Shown: positions 39,391 to 48,914, counted from the first letter of the stretch. The stretch: 62,696 nt of DNA from Thermovirgaceae bacterium (GCA_046542505.1 JBKHBH010000002.1:1-62696); one strand, 5' to 3'. Made by a program: numbers and translations. The notes: generated by a model not told the origin, from the letters alone.

Positions 39391-40756
39391 CCGCTGTATC
39401 GCTTCCCCCTACCGTCAGCGCCTCTACGAGAATGGTTGGTTGACCGTCCGTTACCGGTACATGCTGCCCGGACTTGCCACAAACGCCCGATTCGAAATGC
39501 AGGTCGCTCCCCACTGCACTGATGCGCTTGAGAACCTCAGGCCCGTTACCTGTCAATATGGCATTTTTGACGGCTTTCCCTTTCTTCCCATTTTTCACAA
39601 GATATCCTTCCTCCACATGGAACACGAAATCGCCCGTGGTCGGGTGAACCTCGCCACCACCCATCTTGAAAACAAGCAACCCTTCTTTGAGGGATCCGAC
39701 GATCTCATCCGGATCCTGTTCGCCACCCATTATAAAGGTATTGGACATTCTCGGCATCGGCGGAACACTCCACGAAGCCCGTCTCCCGTTACCGCTTCGT
39801 GGCAAGTCCTGGTTTTTTGCCGTCTCGACATCCGTCAAAAGACCCCGCAACACCCCGTTTTCAATAAGAACCGTCCTTTGCGCCGGAGTTCCCTCATCGT
39901 CAAAGGGATAGCTGCCATAAAGGTCCGGGATGGTTGCGTCATCCACCAGGGTAACGAGCTCGCTGGCAACGGTCTGCCCTGTTTTCCCACGGTAAACGGA
40001 ATAGTCTTTTTCAAGGATATCGGCTTCAAGGCCGTGGCCGCAGGCTTCGTGTATCATCGTTCCCCCTGCCTGGCCGCCAAGAATGACAGGCATAATCCCT
40101 GCCGGACACAAAACGGCACCTGCCTGCAGGAATGCTCTTTGAAGGGCTTTTTCACCAATTTCTTCAAGATCCCTGCTTTTAAGAAACTTGCCGGCATCTA
40201 CAGACAGTGCCTGAACCTCATACCCCGTAAAGAGGGAGCCTTTTTCCTCTACCACAACCTGCACGGAAAACCTGGTCGCTTTACGCGCCTTTCTAAGAAC
40301 AGTACCTTCCGATGTAAATATGCCAATGTCCGAATCAACGGTGCCGAATCGCAAGCTCACTTGCCGCACCATGGTAGACATGTTCCTGAGATGCCGGTCC
40401 ACTTTTTCCAGTCGTCCTCCTTCCACGTTCCCGGCTTCGGGATCACCGGCCACGAGGTCCTTCGATGAAGGTATGCCGTTTTTCGCAAAAGCCCTCTTAC
40501 GGCCCTCGTGTCGTGACCGGCACTCCAATACGCCTCGGGAAGCTTCTCTCACAAGGGTCCCGGGCAGATATGTATAAAGGGTTGAATCTTGAAAAAGCAA
40601 CCGTACCCCCGTTCCACTGTTTTTGCTTGTCCTGGCCTCCTCCAGTCGCCCGTTTACAAATTCCACCGAGTGAGACAAGGACTTTCCGGCGAAAATATCG
40701 CCGAAGTCTGCGCCGCTTCCGGCGAGCATTTCACAAAGGTCAAAATATTCATCCAT
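39365..40756 (-). CDS. tldD: TldD/PmbA family metalloprotease (TldD subunit)
   Basis: HEACGHGLEAD, DDEG, GNGRR, PRMSNT, CGK.GQ.VPV..G.PT. Confidence 0.93.
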   Translation of the reverse strand: MDEYFDLCEMLAGSGADFGDIFAGKSLSHSVEFVNGRLEEARTSKNSGTGVRLLFQDSTLYTYLPGTLVREASRGVLECRSRHEGRKRAFAKNGIPSSKDLVAGDPEAGNVEGGRLEKVDRHLRNMSTMVRQVSLRFGTVDSDIGIFTSEGTVLRKARKATRFSVQVVVEEKGSLFTGYEVQALSVDAGKFLKSRDLEEIGEKALQRAFLQAGAVLCPAGIMPVILGGQAGGTMIHEACGHGLEADILEKDYSVYRGKTGQTVASELVTLVDDATIPDLYGSYPFDDEGTPAQRTVLIENGVLRGLLTDVETAKNQDLPRSGNGRRASWSVPPMPRMSNTFIMGGEQDPDEIVGSLKEGLLVFKMGGGEVHPTTGDFVFHVEEGYLVKNGKKGKAVKNAILTGNGPEVLKRISAVGSDLHFESGVCGKSGQHVPVTDGQPTILVEALTVGGSDTADEHPQNFS

Positions 40757-40814
40757 AGGTCATTCCTCGCATTTTAAAAGGTTTTCAGAATAGAGAAAAC
40801 AACAGCGGAAGAAG

Positions 40815-41873
40815 TCAATTCTTTCTCATCCGGATTTCCCGTATGGCCTTCAGGTGTTCCCCGTAGGTCCGACTGAAACGGTGTCGCCCCTGTGTATCGG
40901 CAACGTAAAAAAGATAGGGGGTTTTTTCAGGTCGCAGGGCGGCTTCCCAGGCTTCTTCAGAGGGAATGCAGATAGGGCCCGGAGGCAAACCGGGAATTTT
41001 GTACGTGTTATACGGGGAATCTATTTCCAGATGGCGATGCAGAACCCGTGACAGGGCCTCCCCCCGCAAGCTCCAAGCATATACTATTGTGGCGTCTATC
41101 TGCAGTGGCATGCCTTCACGAAGCCTGTTTTCAATCACCCCGGCGATAAGGGGACGCTCCTCCCCTGTTCCCGTTTCTTTTTCTACAAGGGAAGCAACGA
41201 TGGCGATCTTAAGCAATTCGTCGGCTTCTTCGATCACCTTCGATTCAACGGTCCTCGCGCCGATCTTTTCCCACCATGCCTTGGAAGCGCTTTGTATCAG
41301 CTGCTTGAATCCTGATTCTCCGGGGACCACCTGGTAGGTGTCCGGGAAAAGAAAGGCAAGTCTGTTTCGGGCTGAGTCGGGTAAAAGGGCATGAACGTTT
41401 GAGGGGTAGTTCGAGTCGTCCTCCAGAAGAGTTGTCAACTCTTCTGAATTTATTGAATGAGTATCCAGTATGCTCTTCCACGTCGTACCTGGCAAAAGGG
41501 TCAGTAAATCCGTTTCAGGTTCCGCCTGTTTCATCTGTTTCGCAACTTCCCATGGACTCCCTTTTCTGATCGAATATGTCCCGGGCTGTATCGTCCTGTC
41601 GGCACCAAAACGGACCAGCCAAAACGCGAGAGCGGCAGGATCATCAACGACGCCTGTCGCAGAAAAATCCTTTGCTATCCGGGAAGCGTTTTTGCCTGGC
41701 TGAACCTGGACGAAAACTTCCGGCCCCCTCCCATACTGAATCCCTTCAAGCATCATTTCCGGGACAGCGGAAATGAGAAAAAAGTAATACCCTGCGGCGC
41801 AGATCAACATTGCTGCTGAAACCACGATATGAAACAACCCTTTCCCGATACTGTCCGTTTCCTTTTTATTCAT
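40815..41873 (-). CDS. mltG: Endolytic transglycosylase MltG (YceG)
   Basis: N-terminal TM, FLFPDTY, ASLVEKE (catalytic E), NRL...M.LQ.D, SPYNTY...GLPPGPI. Confidence 0.93.
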   Translation of the reverse strand: MNKKETDSIGKGLFHIVVSAAMLICAAGYYFFLISAVPEMMLEGIQYGRGPEVFVQVQPGKNASRIAKDFSATGVVDDPAALAFWLVRFGADRTIQPGTYSIRKGSPWEVAKQMKQAEPETDLLTLLPGTTWKSILDTHSINSEELTTLLEDDSNYPSNVHALLPDSARNRLAFLFPDTYQVVPGESGFKQLIQSASKAWWEKIGARTVESKVIEEADELLKIAIVASLVEKETGTGEERPLIAGVIENRLREGMPLQIDATIVYAWSLRGEALSRVLHRHLEIDSPYNTYKIPGLPPGPICIPSEEAWEAALRPEKTPYLFYVADTQGRHRFSRTYGEHLKAIREIRMRKN

Positions 41874-41909
41874 GCCGTCATCCTCCACGGGGAGAAGCTT
41901 TCATGAACA

Positions 41910-41953
41910 GACACGGCGAGGACAGAACTTGCTGTCTCTCGCCGTGCCCTTTT
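41910..41953. terminator. Long hairpin downstream of hutH (probable terminator)
   Basis: CACGGCGAG-GACAG / CTGTC-T-CTCGCCGTG stem; the T-run is on the + side. Confidence 0.55.
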
Positions 41954-42005
41954 CGCCAGACCACAAGGCAGGAACCTCCTGATGTCTCTTTTTGAGAAGG
42001 CCTCT

Positions 42006-43541
42006 TTACTGCAGTTCGTCAACTGCTTCCCTTGCCGCTTCAAGTAATGTCCCGTCGGCGACGAGACGGGCCGTCTTCTGAATAAGCGGATGAAGGTATT
42101 CGTCTTTTTGTATGAAAGGTATTTCATCCCGAATTGCTCTGTAGACGTTTCCGGTTCCCTTGCCGGGTCTAAGGGGCTTGAGGAAATCCAGCCCCTGGGC
42201 CGCCGTCAGGAATTCGATGGCCAGGATGTTCCTGACGTTATTGAGAATGTTCGAGGCTTTTCGGGCAGCATACATGCCCATCGATACGTGATCTTCCTGG
42301 TTCGCTGACGTAGGGATCGAATCGACGGACGATGGATGGGAGAGCCCCTTGTTTTCAGATACCAGAGCCGCTGCGACGTACTGGGGTATCATGAACCCGC
42401 TGTTGACTCCACTTTCGGAAATCAAAAAGGGAAGCAATCCGGAAAGCTTGTGATCCACCAGCCTTGCAACGCGCCTTTCGGAAATATTCCCTATCTCTGA
42501 GAGGGCTATTCCCAGAAAATCCATCGCCAGCGCTACAGGCTCTCCATGGAAATTTCCCCCGCTGATCGCCTCGCCTTCGGCCGGGAAAATCAGCGGATTA
42601 TCCGTCACAGAATTGATTTCGATCTGGATCTTGGACTTCACATATTCCAGAGCATCCCGGCTGGCGCCGTGAACCTGGGGAACGCATCGGAGGGAGTAAG
42701 CATCCTGCACCCTGTCATGTTTGTGTTTTTCTATGATTTCACTGGATTCTATCAGGGCCCGGACATTCCCCGCCACAATTTGCTGCCCCTCGTGAGGCCG
42801 GAGTTCATGAGTCCGTGGATCAAAGGCATAGGGAACTCCTTTCAGTGCCTCAAGTGAAAGCGCGGCGGCAACATCCGCTAGGGGGATAAGCTGGAGCGCA
42901 TCATACAACGCAAGAGCGCCGACGGCTGTCATGACAGTTGTTCCGTTATTGAGCGCCAGTCCTTCCTTTGGCCCAAGCCGTATAGCCTCCAGGTTTGTCT
43001 TCCGCAATGCCTCCGAAGCGGGTATCCTTTTTCCCTCATAGATCACGTCCCCAAGCCCCAGAAGCGAGATACCGAGGTGCGAGAGGGGACAAAGATCGCC
43101 GCTTGCGCCCACAGAACCCTGCTCGGGAATAATCGGATGTATCCCGAGATTGAGAAAACGGACAAGTTGTTGAAGCGTTTTAAGGGTAATTCCGGAAAAA
43201 CCCCGAATCAGGGTGTTCACCCTGAGAAGCATGATAGCTCTCGTCACGTCTTCCGGGAAAGGGTTCCCGACTCCGCAAGCATGGCTTTTCAGAAGATTCT
43301 CCTGAAGCTCCTCGCTTTTTTCGGGTGGAATAGCTGTAGACGCCAGATCACCGAAACCCGTTGTCACACCATAGATCGACTTCCCTTCCCGAACCCAGGA
43401 CGAGACCATATTGGAACCGCGCTCAACGAAAGCAACGGCGGAATTATCGAGCTCCACCTTCTGTCCGTGACGTGACACACTGACAATGTCTTCGAGATGC
43501 AAGGAATGCCCGTTCAGCTTGAGTGACTCTCCCATTCCCAT
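42006..43541 (-). CDS. hutH: Histidine ammonia-lyase
   Basis: YGVTTGFG, LLKSHACG (Ser-His specificity pair of HAL), GSVGASGDL MIO motif, QDAYSLRC, ANQEDHVSMG. Confidence 0.95.
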   Translation of the reverse strand: MGMGESLKLNGHSLHLEDIVSVSRHGQKVELDNSAVAFVERGSNMVSSWVREGKSIYGVTTGFGDLASTAIPPEKSEELQENLLKSHACGVGNPFPEDVTRAIMLLRVNTLIRGFSGITLKTLQQLVRFLNLGIHPIIPEQGSVGASGDLCPLSHLGISLLGLGDVIYEGKRIPASEALRKTNLEAIRLGPKEGLALNNGTTVMTAVGALALYDALQLIPLADVAAALSLEALKGVPYAFDPRTHELRPHEGQQIVAGNVRALIESSEIIEKHKHDRVQDAYSLRCVPQVHGASRDALEYVKSKIQIEINSVTDNPLIFPAEGEAISGGNFHGEPVALAMDFLGIALSEIGNISERRVARLVDHKLSGLLPFLISESGVNSGFMIPQYVAAALVSENKGLSHPSSVDSIPTSANQEDHVSMGMYAARKASNILNNVRNILAIEFLTAAQGLDFLKPLRPGKGTGNVYRAIRDEIPFIQKDEYLHPLIQKTARLVADGTLLEAAREAVDELQ

Positions 43542-43586
43542 CAGCTCCCGGATGAAACCGGCATAGTGCCGATCCTTATCAATTTC

Positions 43587-43603
43587 CTACCCTAAAAGGG
43601 TAT
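43587..43603. promoter_or_regulatory. TACCC-N5-GGGTA dyad upstream of hutH
   Basis: CTACCCTAAAAGGGTAT; same geometry as the box at 56885-56901. Confidence 0.35.
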
Positions 43604-43611
43604 ATGGAAAA

Positions 43612-44625
43612 TCATTTCATGACAATACCAAGCGGGGTATTGCAAAAACCACAGCGTCCGTTTTTGTCAACCCCGATGTTCTCCGTTCGGTATCCCTTTC
43701 TTCTCATGACTGTTGTCTTGCATCCGGGACAAACCGTTTGGGATTCATGCTCCACGTTTCCGAGGTATACGTAATGGAGCTTCCTTTTTCCATATTCCGC
43801 GTACCGCTTCAAAAGTTCCACCGACGTCGGCGGCCGGTTCCATCTGTGATGCGGGAAATACCGTGAAATGTGCAATGGTATCGACGGCGACCGTTCGGAT
43901 ATCCAATCCACCATAGCGCAAAATTCGGCGTCGTCATCATTAATACCCGGCACGACGAGGTGGGTGAGCTCCACATGCACTTTCGCCTCAATTGCTTCAT
44001 CAATTCTTTCCAGAACCGGGCCCAGGGAGCCCCCTACCTGCCGGTAGCTGTCCCCGGAAAAGCCTTTCAGATCAATATTCACGGCGGAAACCAGCGGCAG
44101 CAGTTCATTCCAGGGTCCACATTTGATGTAGCCGTTCGTCACTAGCACGGTATCAAGGTTTTCCTGCCTCAAGCGCCTTGAGGTCCTGAGGACGAATTCA
44201 TACCAGACAGTAGGTTCATTGTAGGTGAAGGCAACAGAACCTGTTTTCTCGCGCTTCGCGAGCAGTACAACGTCATCGGGTTCCATGTCGGCAAGGCGAA
44301 CCCTCCTCGAACAGCGCGCAAGCTCCCAGTTCTGACAAAAAGGACAGTCTAGGTTGCAACCGATGGTTCCCAGGGACAGGATCAACGCTCCAGGTCGCCA
44401 GTGAAACAATGGTTTTTTCTCCACCGGATCGGGGGCCACAGATGCGACCTTGCCGTCGTTCTCTGTCACAAGTCCCTCGGCGGTTCCCTTCCTGACAAGG
44501 CATCGTCCACGCCCGCTTCTTCCTACAAGACACTCATGAGGACAAAGATCACACCGAGACATTTGGTTTTCCCTATGCCACCAGAGCGCAGGGCGTCCTG
44601 TACCACCCGACTGTCCTTCACTCAC
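43612..44625 (-). CDS. amrS: AmmeMemoRadiSam system radical SAM enzyme
   Basis: N-terminal CDLCPHEC...C, DPVEKKPLFH, GCNLDCPFCQN, AFTYNEP, YVYLGN, C-terminal CPGC/CGFC. Confidence 0.93.
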   Translation of the reverse strand: MSEGQSGGTGRPALWWHRENQMSRCDLCPHECLVGRSGRGRCLVRKGTAEGLVTENDGKVASVAPDPVEKKPLFHWRPGALILSLGTIGCNLDCPFCQNWELARCSRRVRLADMEPDDVVLLAKREKTGSVAFTYNEPTVWYEFVLRTSRRLRQENLDTVLVTNGYIKCGPWNELLPLVSAVNIDLKGFSGDSYRQVGGSLGPVLERIDEAIEAKVHVELTHLVVPGINDDDAEFCAMVDWISERSPSIPLHISRYFPHHRWNRPPTSVELLKRYAEYGKRKLHYVYLGNVEHESQTVCPGCKTTVMRRKGYRTENIGVDKNGRCGFCNTPLGIVMK

Positions 44626-44629
44626 CGGA

Positions 44630-46012
44630 TCATCGCCCTCCCTTCTCAGAATGACGGTCCACGGTGAACCTGCTTATCCGGACATGTTCGGGGGTCATAA
44701 TTCCGGCTTTTCGCATGGCTATGTCCAATTGCTCCGTGACGGTGCCGATCCCGGGCAGATCAGGAAGCAAGACTCCTTTCAATGATCCTTTCGTTACAAT
44801 GACCCCGTATTTTGAAGGGTCAAGCTGCCCCGTCGAGGATATGGGCTCCGGTGTCGAGAGGACATCCACGGAGAGAAGGATCTCTTCTAGCTCTTTCCTT
44901 GTCACCGGCGGGAATCTTGGGTCGCGTGTCGCGGCGGCGCAAGCATTTTCAGCTATTTCATAGGCCAGATTTTCCCTGACGGGTTCGATAGTCCCAATGC
45001 AGCCTCTCAGGGTTCCGTCAGGTTTCTTCAGCGATACGAAACAAGCTTTTTTCTCCCGAAGAAGAGACTTTCCCTGTTCATCGAGCAACCCTTCAACATC
45101 AGGCTTCAATCCTGTTTCAAGGTATTTCTCGAGAACACATCTGGCGATCCAAGTGTGGGACTGCATTCTCGTCAGGTCAGGCCCGGTTTTCTCCTTGTCA
45201 TTTTCCGTGGAAGGTGTTTCCTGTTCTGCGGTCTCCGGATTCTTCCAGAGGGCAACACCATATCCGACGCCGAAAGGTCCCTCGTAGGACAGCAGGCGTA
45301 TCCCGCCGCCGGAGAGGCCTATGAGAGCCAACGCAGACCGCAAACCGCATTCGCCCGCTGCCGAAATGGTCTTTTCTCCCAGCTCGAGAATCGGCTCGGG
45401 AGTACCCTTTTCAATGGCCTCGCAAAGGGCGCCGTCGTGTTTCTTCCCATCGGGATGAAAACCGCCCGGCGCTCCCGGTTCAAGGCGGTGCGAAAGGTCT
45501 CCGCTTGCCACGAGGGCCCATGTCCCTTCACTTTCAAAACGAGAGAGCGCCTTGCCGAAATTCCACGCCTCTTCGTAACCCAGACCAATGGGATTCATAA
45601 GCAGCATAGGAGGAATCCGGTCCCATCTTTTCTTGAGGAAAGAAAGCGGGACAACGGCACCGTAATCGAGGTTGAAAGTTCCTCTTTCGACCAATTCTAG
45701 AGGAAACATCCGCCCGAGCTCTTTTACCAGCCTTTCGCCTTCCCCGCCAGTTCCTTCGACTTCAACGTTTACGGCGCGGACACCGAAATCCGCCAGCGAA
45801 CCCGTGTATTTCCGGGCCGAAAGGACGGTGCATCCGCCCGCAAAAGGTGCATGTGGGTCAAGTACAAGAAGGAAAGACGGAATAAACGGCCGGGTTTCTT
45901 CCGCCACTTGCTGCATAGCCAGAACCGAAGAACGGCAGTCGCTGTTTCTTGCGCCGCCGACTTCGGGAACGATAATGGGAGCATGAGGCATGAGTGTTCC
46001 CCATTTCCACAT
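44630..46012 (-). CDS. amrA: AmmeMemoRadiSam protein: Memo/LigB-like domain fused to AMMECR1 domain
   Basis: PHAP, SGDLSH, GECG, YEGPFGVGY; then CFVSLK...LRGCIGT, DPRFPP, G.LLPDL. Confidence 0.92.
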   Translation of the reverse strand: MWKWGTLMPHAPIIVPEVGGARNSDCRSSVLAMQQVAEETRPFIPSFLLVLDPHAPFAGGCTVLSARKYTGSLADFGVRAVNVEVEGTGGEGERLVKELGRMFPLELVERGTFNLDYGAVVPLSFLKKRWDRIPPMLLMNPIGLGYEEAWNFGKALSRFESEGTWALVASGDLSHRLEPGAPGGFHPDGKKHDGALCEAIEKGTPEPILELGEKTISAAGECGLRSALALIGLSGGGIRLLSYEGPFGVGYGVALWKNPETAEQETPSTENDKEKTGPDLTRMQSHTWIARCVLEKYLETGLKPDVEGLLDEQGKSLLREKKACFVSLKKPDGTLRGCIGTIEPVRENLAYEIAENACAAATRDPRFPPVTRKELEEILLSVDVLSTPEPISSTGQLDPSKYGVIVTKGSLKGVLLPDLPGIGTVTEQLDIAMRKAGIMTPEHVRISRFTVDRHSEKGGR

Positions 46013-46060
46013 ACGAACCACCCCCTGTTTCTTCTTCGAGGCTGCATCCCGTTATCGTCT

Positions 46061-46089
46061 ATTATGCACTTGCAGGTCCTTTCTGACAA
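46061..46089 (-). promoter_or_regulatory. Putative promoter of amrA-amrS
   Basis: TTGTCA-17 nt-CATAAT, overlapping the U-tract of the garR terminator. Confidence 0.6.
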
Positions 46090-46124
46090 AAAACCCCGTG
46101 CGGGCGTCTCCCGCAGTCTCCGGA
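46088..46124 (-). terminator. Terminator downstream of garR
   Basis: TGCGGG-AGACG-CCCGCA then CGGGG and TTTTTT on the - strand. Confidence 0.55.
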
Positions 46125-46154
46125 CCTTTTGCTCATGCCGAATTTTACCCATTC

Positions 46155-47036
46155 CTATCGTTTTAGAGACACATTGTTGATGAGTTCGTAATACTTTCCG
46201 AGACTTCCGTGGTCAAGTCCCTCAAATCCTCTAGCGGCAAGATTCTGCATCATCTCCATGATGGATGCGGTGAGGGGCATGGAAACATGAAGCCCTCTGC
46301 CCGTTTCCAGAACATTATTTAGATCCTTGATATGAAGTTTGATCCTAAAGCCCGGTTCATAACGCTCCTCGAACATTCTCGGAGCCTTGTCCTCCATGCA
46401 CTGACTCCCGGCAAGCCCTCCTCGTATCGCCTGAAAAACCCTTTCCGGATCCACTCCAGCACGTTTCGCAAAGGCCATGCCTTCAGCGACCGCAGCGATG
46501 TTCACGCCTACGATGGTCTGATTGACCAGTTTCGTGACCTGCCCGGCCCCGCTTTCCCCCACAAGGGTGCTCTTGCCGAGAAGGTCGAGAATATCTTTAA
46601 CTTTCCCGTAGACCCTTTCCTTCCCGCCGACCATTATAGCCAGTGTCCCCTTTTCCGCCTTTTCCTGTCCCCCGCTCACGGGTGCATCAAGCATTTCAGC
46701 TCCCTTTTCCTCCACAAGGGCACATAACTCACGGGAGGTAATCGGTGCGATGGAACTCATATCCACAACGATCTTTCCGGGCGTAAGTGCCTCGAGGACT
46801 CCTTTTTCTCCACATATGACCTCACGGACGTGCGGTGAATTCGGAAGCATGGTGATGATGACATCCGTTCTCCCTGCAACATCTTCGGGCGATAATCCCT
46901 TTTCCGCTCCCGCCTGAACGGCATCTTCCAGGGCCTTTTCGACGATGTCGAAGGCTACTACCGATTTACCCGCTTTCAAAAGATTCTTCACCATTGGCTT
47001 TCCCATGATCCCGATGCCGATAAATCCGATCTTCAT
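46155..47036 (-). CDS. garR: 2-hydroxy-3-oxopropionate (tartronate semialdehyde) reductase / beta-hydroxyacid dehydrogenase
   Basis: GFIGIGIMG, MLPNSP, DAPVSGG, GAGQVTKLVNQ, PGFRI.LH.KDL; start ATG 47036. Confidence 0.85.
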   Translation of the reverse strand: MKIGFIGIGIMGKPMVKNLLKAGKSVVAFDIVEKALEDAVQAGAEKGLSPEDVAGRTDVIITMLPNSPHVREVICGEKGVLEALTPGKIVVDMSSIAPITSRELCALVEEKGAEMLDAPVSGGQEKAEKGTLAIMVGGKERVYGKVKDILDLLGKSTLVGESGAGQVTKLVNQTIVGVNIAAVAEGMAFAKRAGVDPERVFQAIRGGLAGSQCMEDKAPRMFEERYEPGFRIKLHIKDLNNVLETGRGLHVSMPLTASIMEMMQNLAARGFEGLDHGSLGKYYELINNVSLKR

Positions 47037-47214
47037 GTTACTCTCCCCCTTCATTGGTCTTTGGAAAACCCCTGCCCTGTCGGCCGCCTTTTTCTTTGCA
47101 GATGCCACCCGCCTCATGAACAGCCCTTCCCGGTTTGCTAAAAGGCAAGAGTGGAATCGAAGGAAAAAGTCGCGGAATAACGGAATGAGTGAAGAACAGC
47201 AGTACCATGCCTTC

Positions 47215-47244
47215 ATAGTGATATAAGGATAACGCCGCTGTCAA
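47215..47244 (-). promoter_or_regulatory. Putative garR promoter
   Basis: TTGACA-18 nt-CACTAT. Confidence 0.45.
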
Positions 47245-47284
47245 GCAAGCATCCACTTCACGCTGGTGACCCTTTGATTTTTAG

Positions 47285-47313
47285 TTGACAAAGAATCATC
47301 AAAAGGAGAAGAT
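47285..47313 (+). promoter_or_regulatory. Putative promoter of the HTH gene
   Basis: TTGACA-17 nt-GAAGAT, flanked by the imperfect dyad CCTTTGAT...ATCAAAAGG. Confidence 0.4.
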
Positions 47314-47379
47314 GCCGAACAGGAAGAAAATGCATATCTGACAGTTGCCAGGTATTCATGTGTTGGGGGTGCTGACGTA

Positions 47380-47853
47380 ATGAGTGGAGGTGACGACATT
47401 CACACGATCCTTCGGGAACTTGAGGAAACGGTGGAAAAGCTCGCGCACTGTAACGAAGAAGACTTCCGTGACCGTTCCGCTTCAGAAGACCGACATCCGG
47501 CTTTCACCGGAGCTTTTCCCGAGGATCTTGTGGTCCCCATAGCAAACATCATGACTCTTCATCTTTCCATGGGAGCCAGACTTCTGCTTCTAGGGTGTCT
47601 TCTCCAGAATTCCATCTGGGGCGAAAAAAGATACTGTTTCAACGAAATCGCCGCAATGGTCGGCATTTCCGACAGGACAGCCTACAGGGCGCTGAAGGAG
47701 ATAAAGACAAGCGGTTTCTTTGAGGTCGACTCCCGGCCGGGTATCGGCGTTTCCATAGAACTTGACTGCATCAGGCACAGACTGAAAGACGAAGGGAAAA
47801 CACTGCTTTGTGGATCATCTTCAACGAGTGGGGAGACTGACCTTTTCCATTGA
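47380..47853 (+). CDS. Hypothetical winged helix-turn-helix protein
   Basis: NEIAAMVGISDRTAYRALKEIKTSGFFEV..RPG.G wHTH pattern; GGGGGTG RBS. Confidence 0.7.
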   Translation: MSGGDDIHTILRELEETVEKLAHCNEEDFRDRSASEDRHPAFTGAFPEDLVVPIANIMTLHLSMGARLLLLGCLLQNSIWGEKRYCFNEIAAMVGISDRTAYRALKEIKTSGFFEVDSRPGIGVSIELDCIRHRLKDEGKTLLCGSSSTSGETDLFH

Positions 47854-47864
47854 CATTTTACATT

Positions 47865-48914
47865 TTACAGGATAAGCATGGCGTCACCGAAGGAAAAAAA
47901 CCTGTAGCGCATACTGACCGCCTCCTCATAGCTTTTCATGACAAGATCCCGCCCCGCAAATGCTGACACGAGCAAAAGAAGCGTGCTTTTCGGCAGATGG
48001 AAATTGGTCAGCATAGCATCAACGGCCTTGAAGGAATAGCCGGGGTATATATAGGCCTTCGTCCACAAGCCGCCATGCCTGACAATTCCCGATGCATCGT
48101 CGACCAGGCTTTCCAGTGTCCTGACAACGGTTGTTCCCACCGCCACGACCCTGTTCCCGTGTTTTCTGGCCTCGTTTATCCGCCTGGCCGTCACGTCGCT
48201 GACACTGCAGTATTCCTCATGCATCTTGTGATTCCTGATATCCCTGTCTTTGACAGGCCTGAATGTCCCCAACCCGACATGAAGCGTCAAAAAGGCTGTC
48301 TCGATCCCGCGTTTCCGAAGCTTTTTGAAGACCTTTTCCGTGAAATGCAACCCTGCCGTCGGTGCCGCCGCAGAACCCGTTTTTTCCGCATAAACCGTCT
48401 GGTAACGCTCGGGAGAGGTCTCGGTGTTTCTGATATACGGGGGAAGGGGCACATTGCCGATACTTTCCATGAGTCTTCTGACATTGCACCTTTCAGGAAA
48501 GACCACCCTTCTGGTTCCGTCATTTTCCGCTCCCAAAACAAGCACTTCCGTTCCATCGTACAGAATGACAGTTGACCCGGGCTTGAGTCGCCTGCCCGGC
48601 CGCACGAGCGCCTCCCATGCACTTTCGGTTTCATCAAGAGGTTTCAAAAGCAGAAGCTCGGTTTCGGCTCGCCCGCCTTTTTTTCTGCCCCGGAATCTCG
48701 CATGAAATACCCTTGTGTCATTCATGACAAGGAGGTCACCCGGAACCAGAAAGGTCGGGAGATTTTCAAATGAAGAGTGCAGAACCCGGCGCGAGTCGCG
48801 GTCGAGGACCAGAAGACGAGAAGCGTCCCTGGGTTCGACGGGATTCTGGGCGATCAGTTCCCGGGGCAGATCATAATCGTAGGCATCAATGTCATAGGCA
48901 TGCCGCTCGTCCAC
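47865..48914 (-). CDS. queA: S-adenosylmethionine:tRNA ribosyltransferase-isomerase
   Basis: YDYDLP.ELIAQ, PLPPYI, YQTVYA...GSAAAPTAGLHFT, LHVGLGTF, TNFHLP, YRFFSFGDAM; start uncertain. Confidence 0.97.
   Translation of the reverse strand: MDERHAYDIDAYDYDLPRELIAQNPVEPRDASRLLVLDRDSRRVLHSSFENLPTFLVPGDLLVMNDTRVFHARFRGRKKGGRAETELLLLKPLDETESAWEALVRPGRRLKPGSTVILYDGTEVLVLGAENDGTRRVVFPERCNVRRLMESIGNVPLPPYIRNTETSPERYQTVYAEKTGSAAAPTAGLHFTEKVFKKLRKRGIETAFLTLHVGLGTFRPVKDRDIRNHKMHEEYCSVSDVTARRINEARKHGNRVVAVGTTVVRTLESLVDDASGIVRHGGLWTKAYIYPGYSFKAVDAMLTNFHLPKSTLLLLVSAFAGRDLVMKSYEEAVSMRYRFFSFGDAMLIL

Noticed and set aside
39119..40468. 449-aa + strand ORF
   Set aside because: It is antisense to the well-conserved tldD and has no motifs; a shadow ORF.
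47038..47256. 72-aa ORF upstream of garR
   Set aside because: No clear RBS, it spans the putative promoter, and it has no protein-like features.
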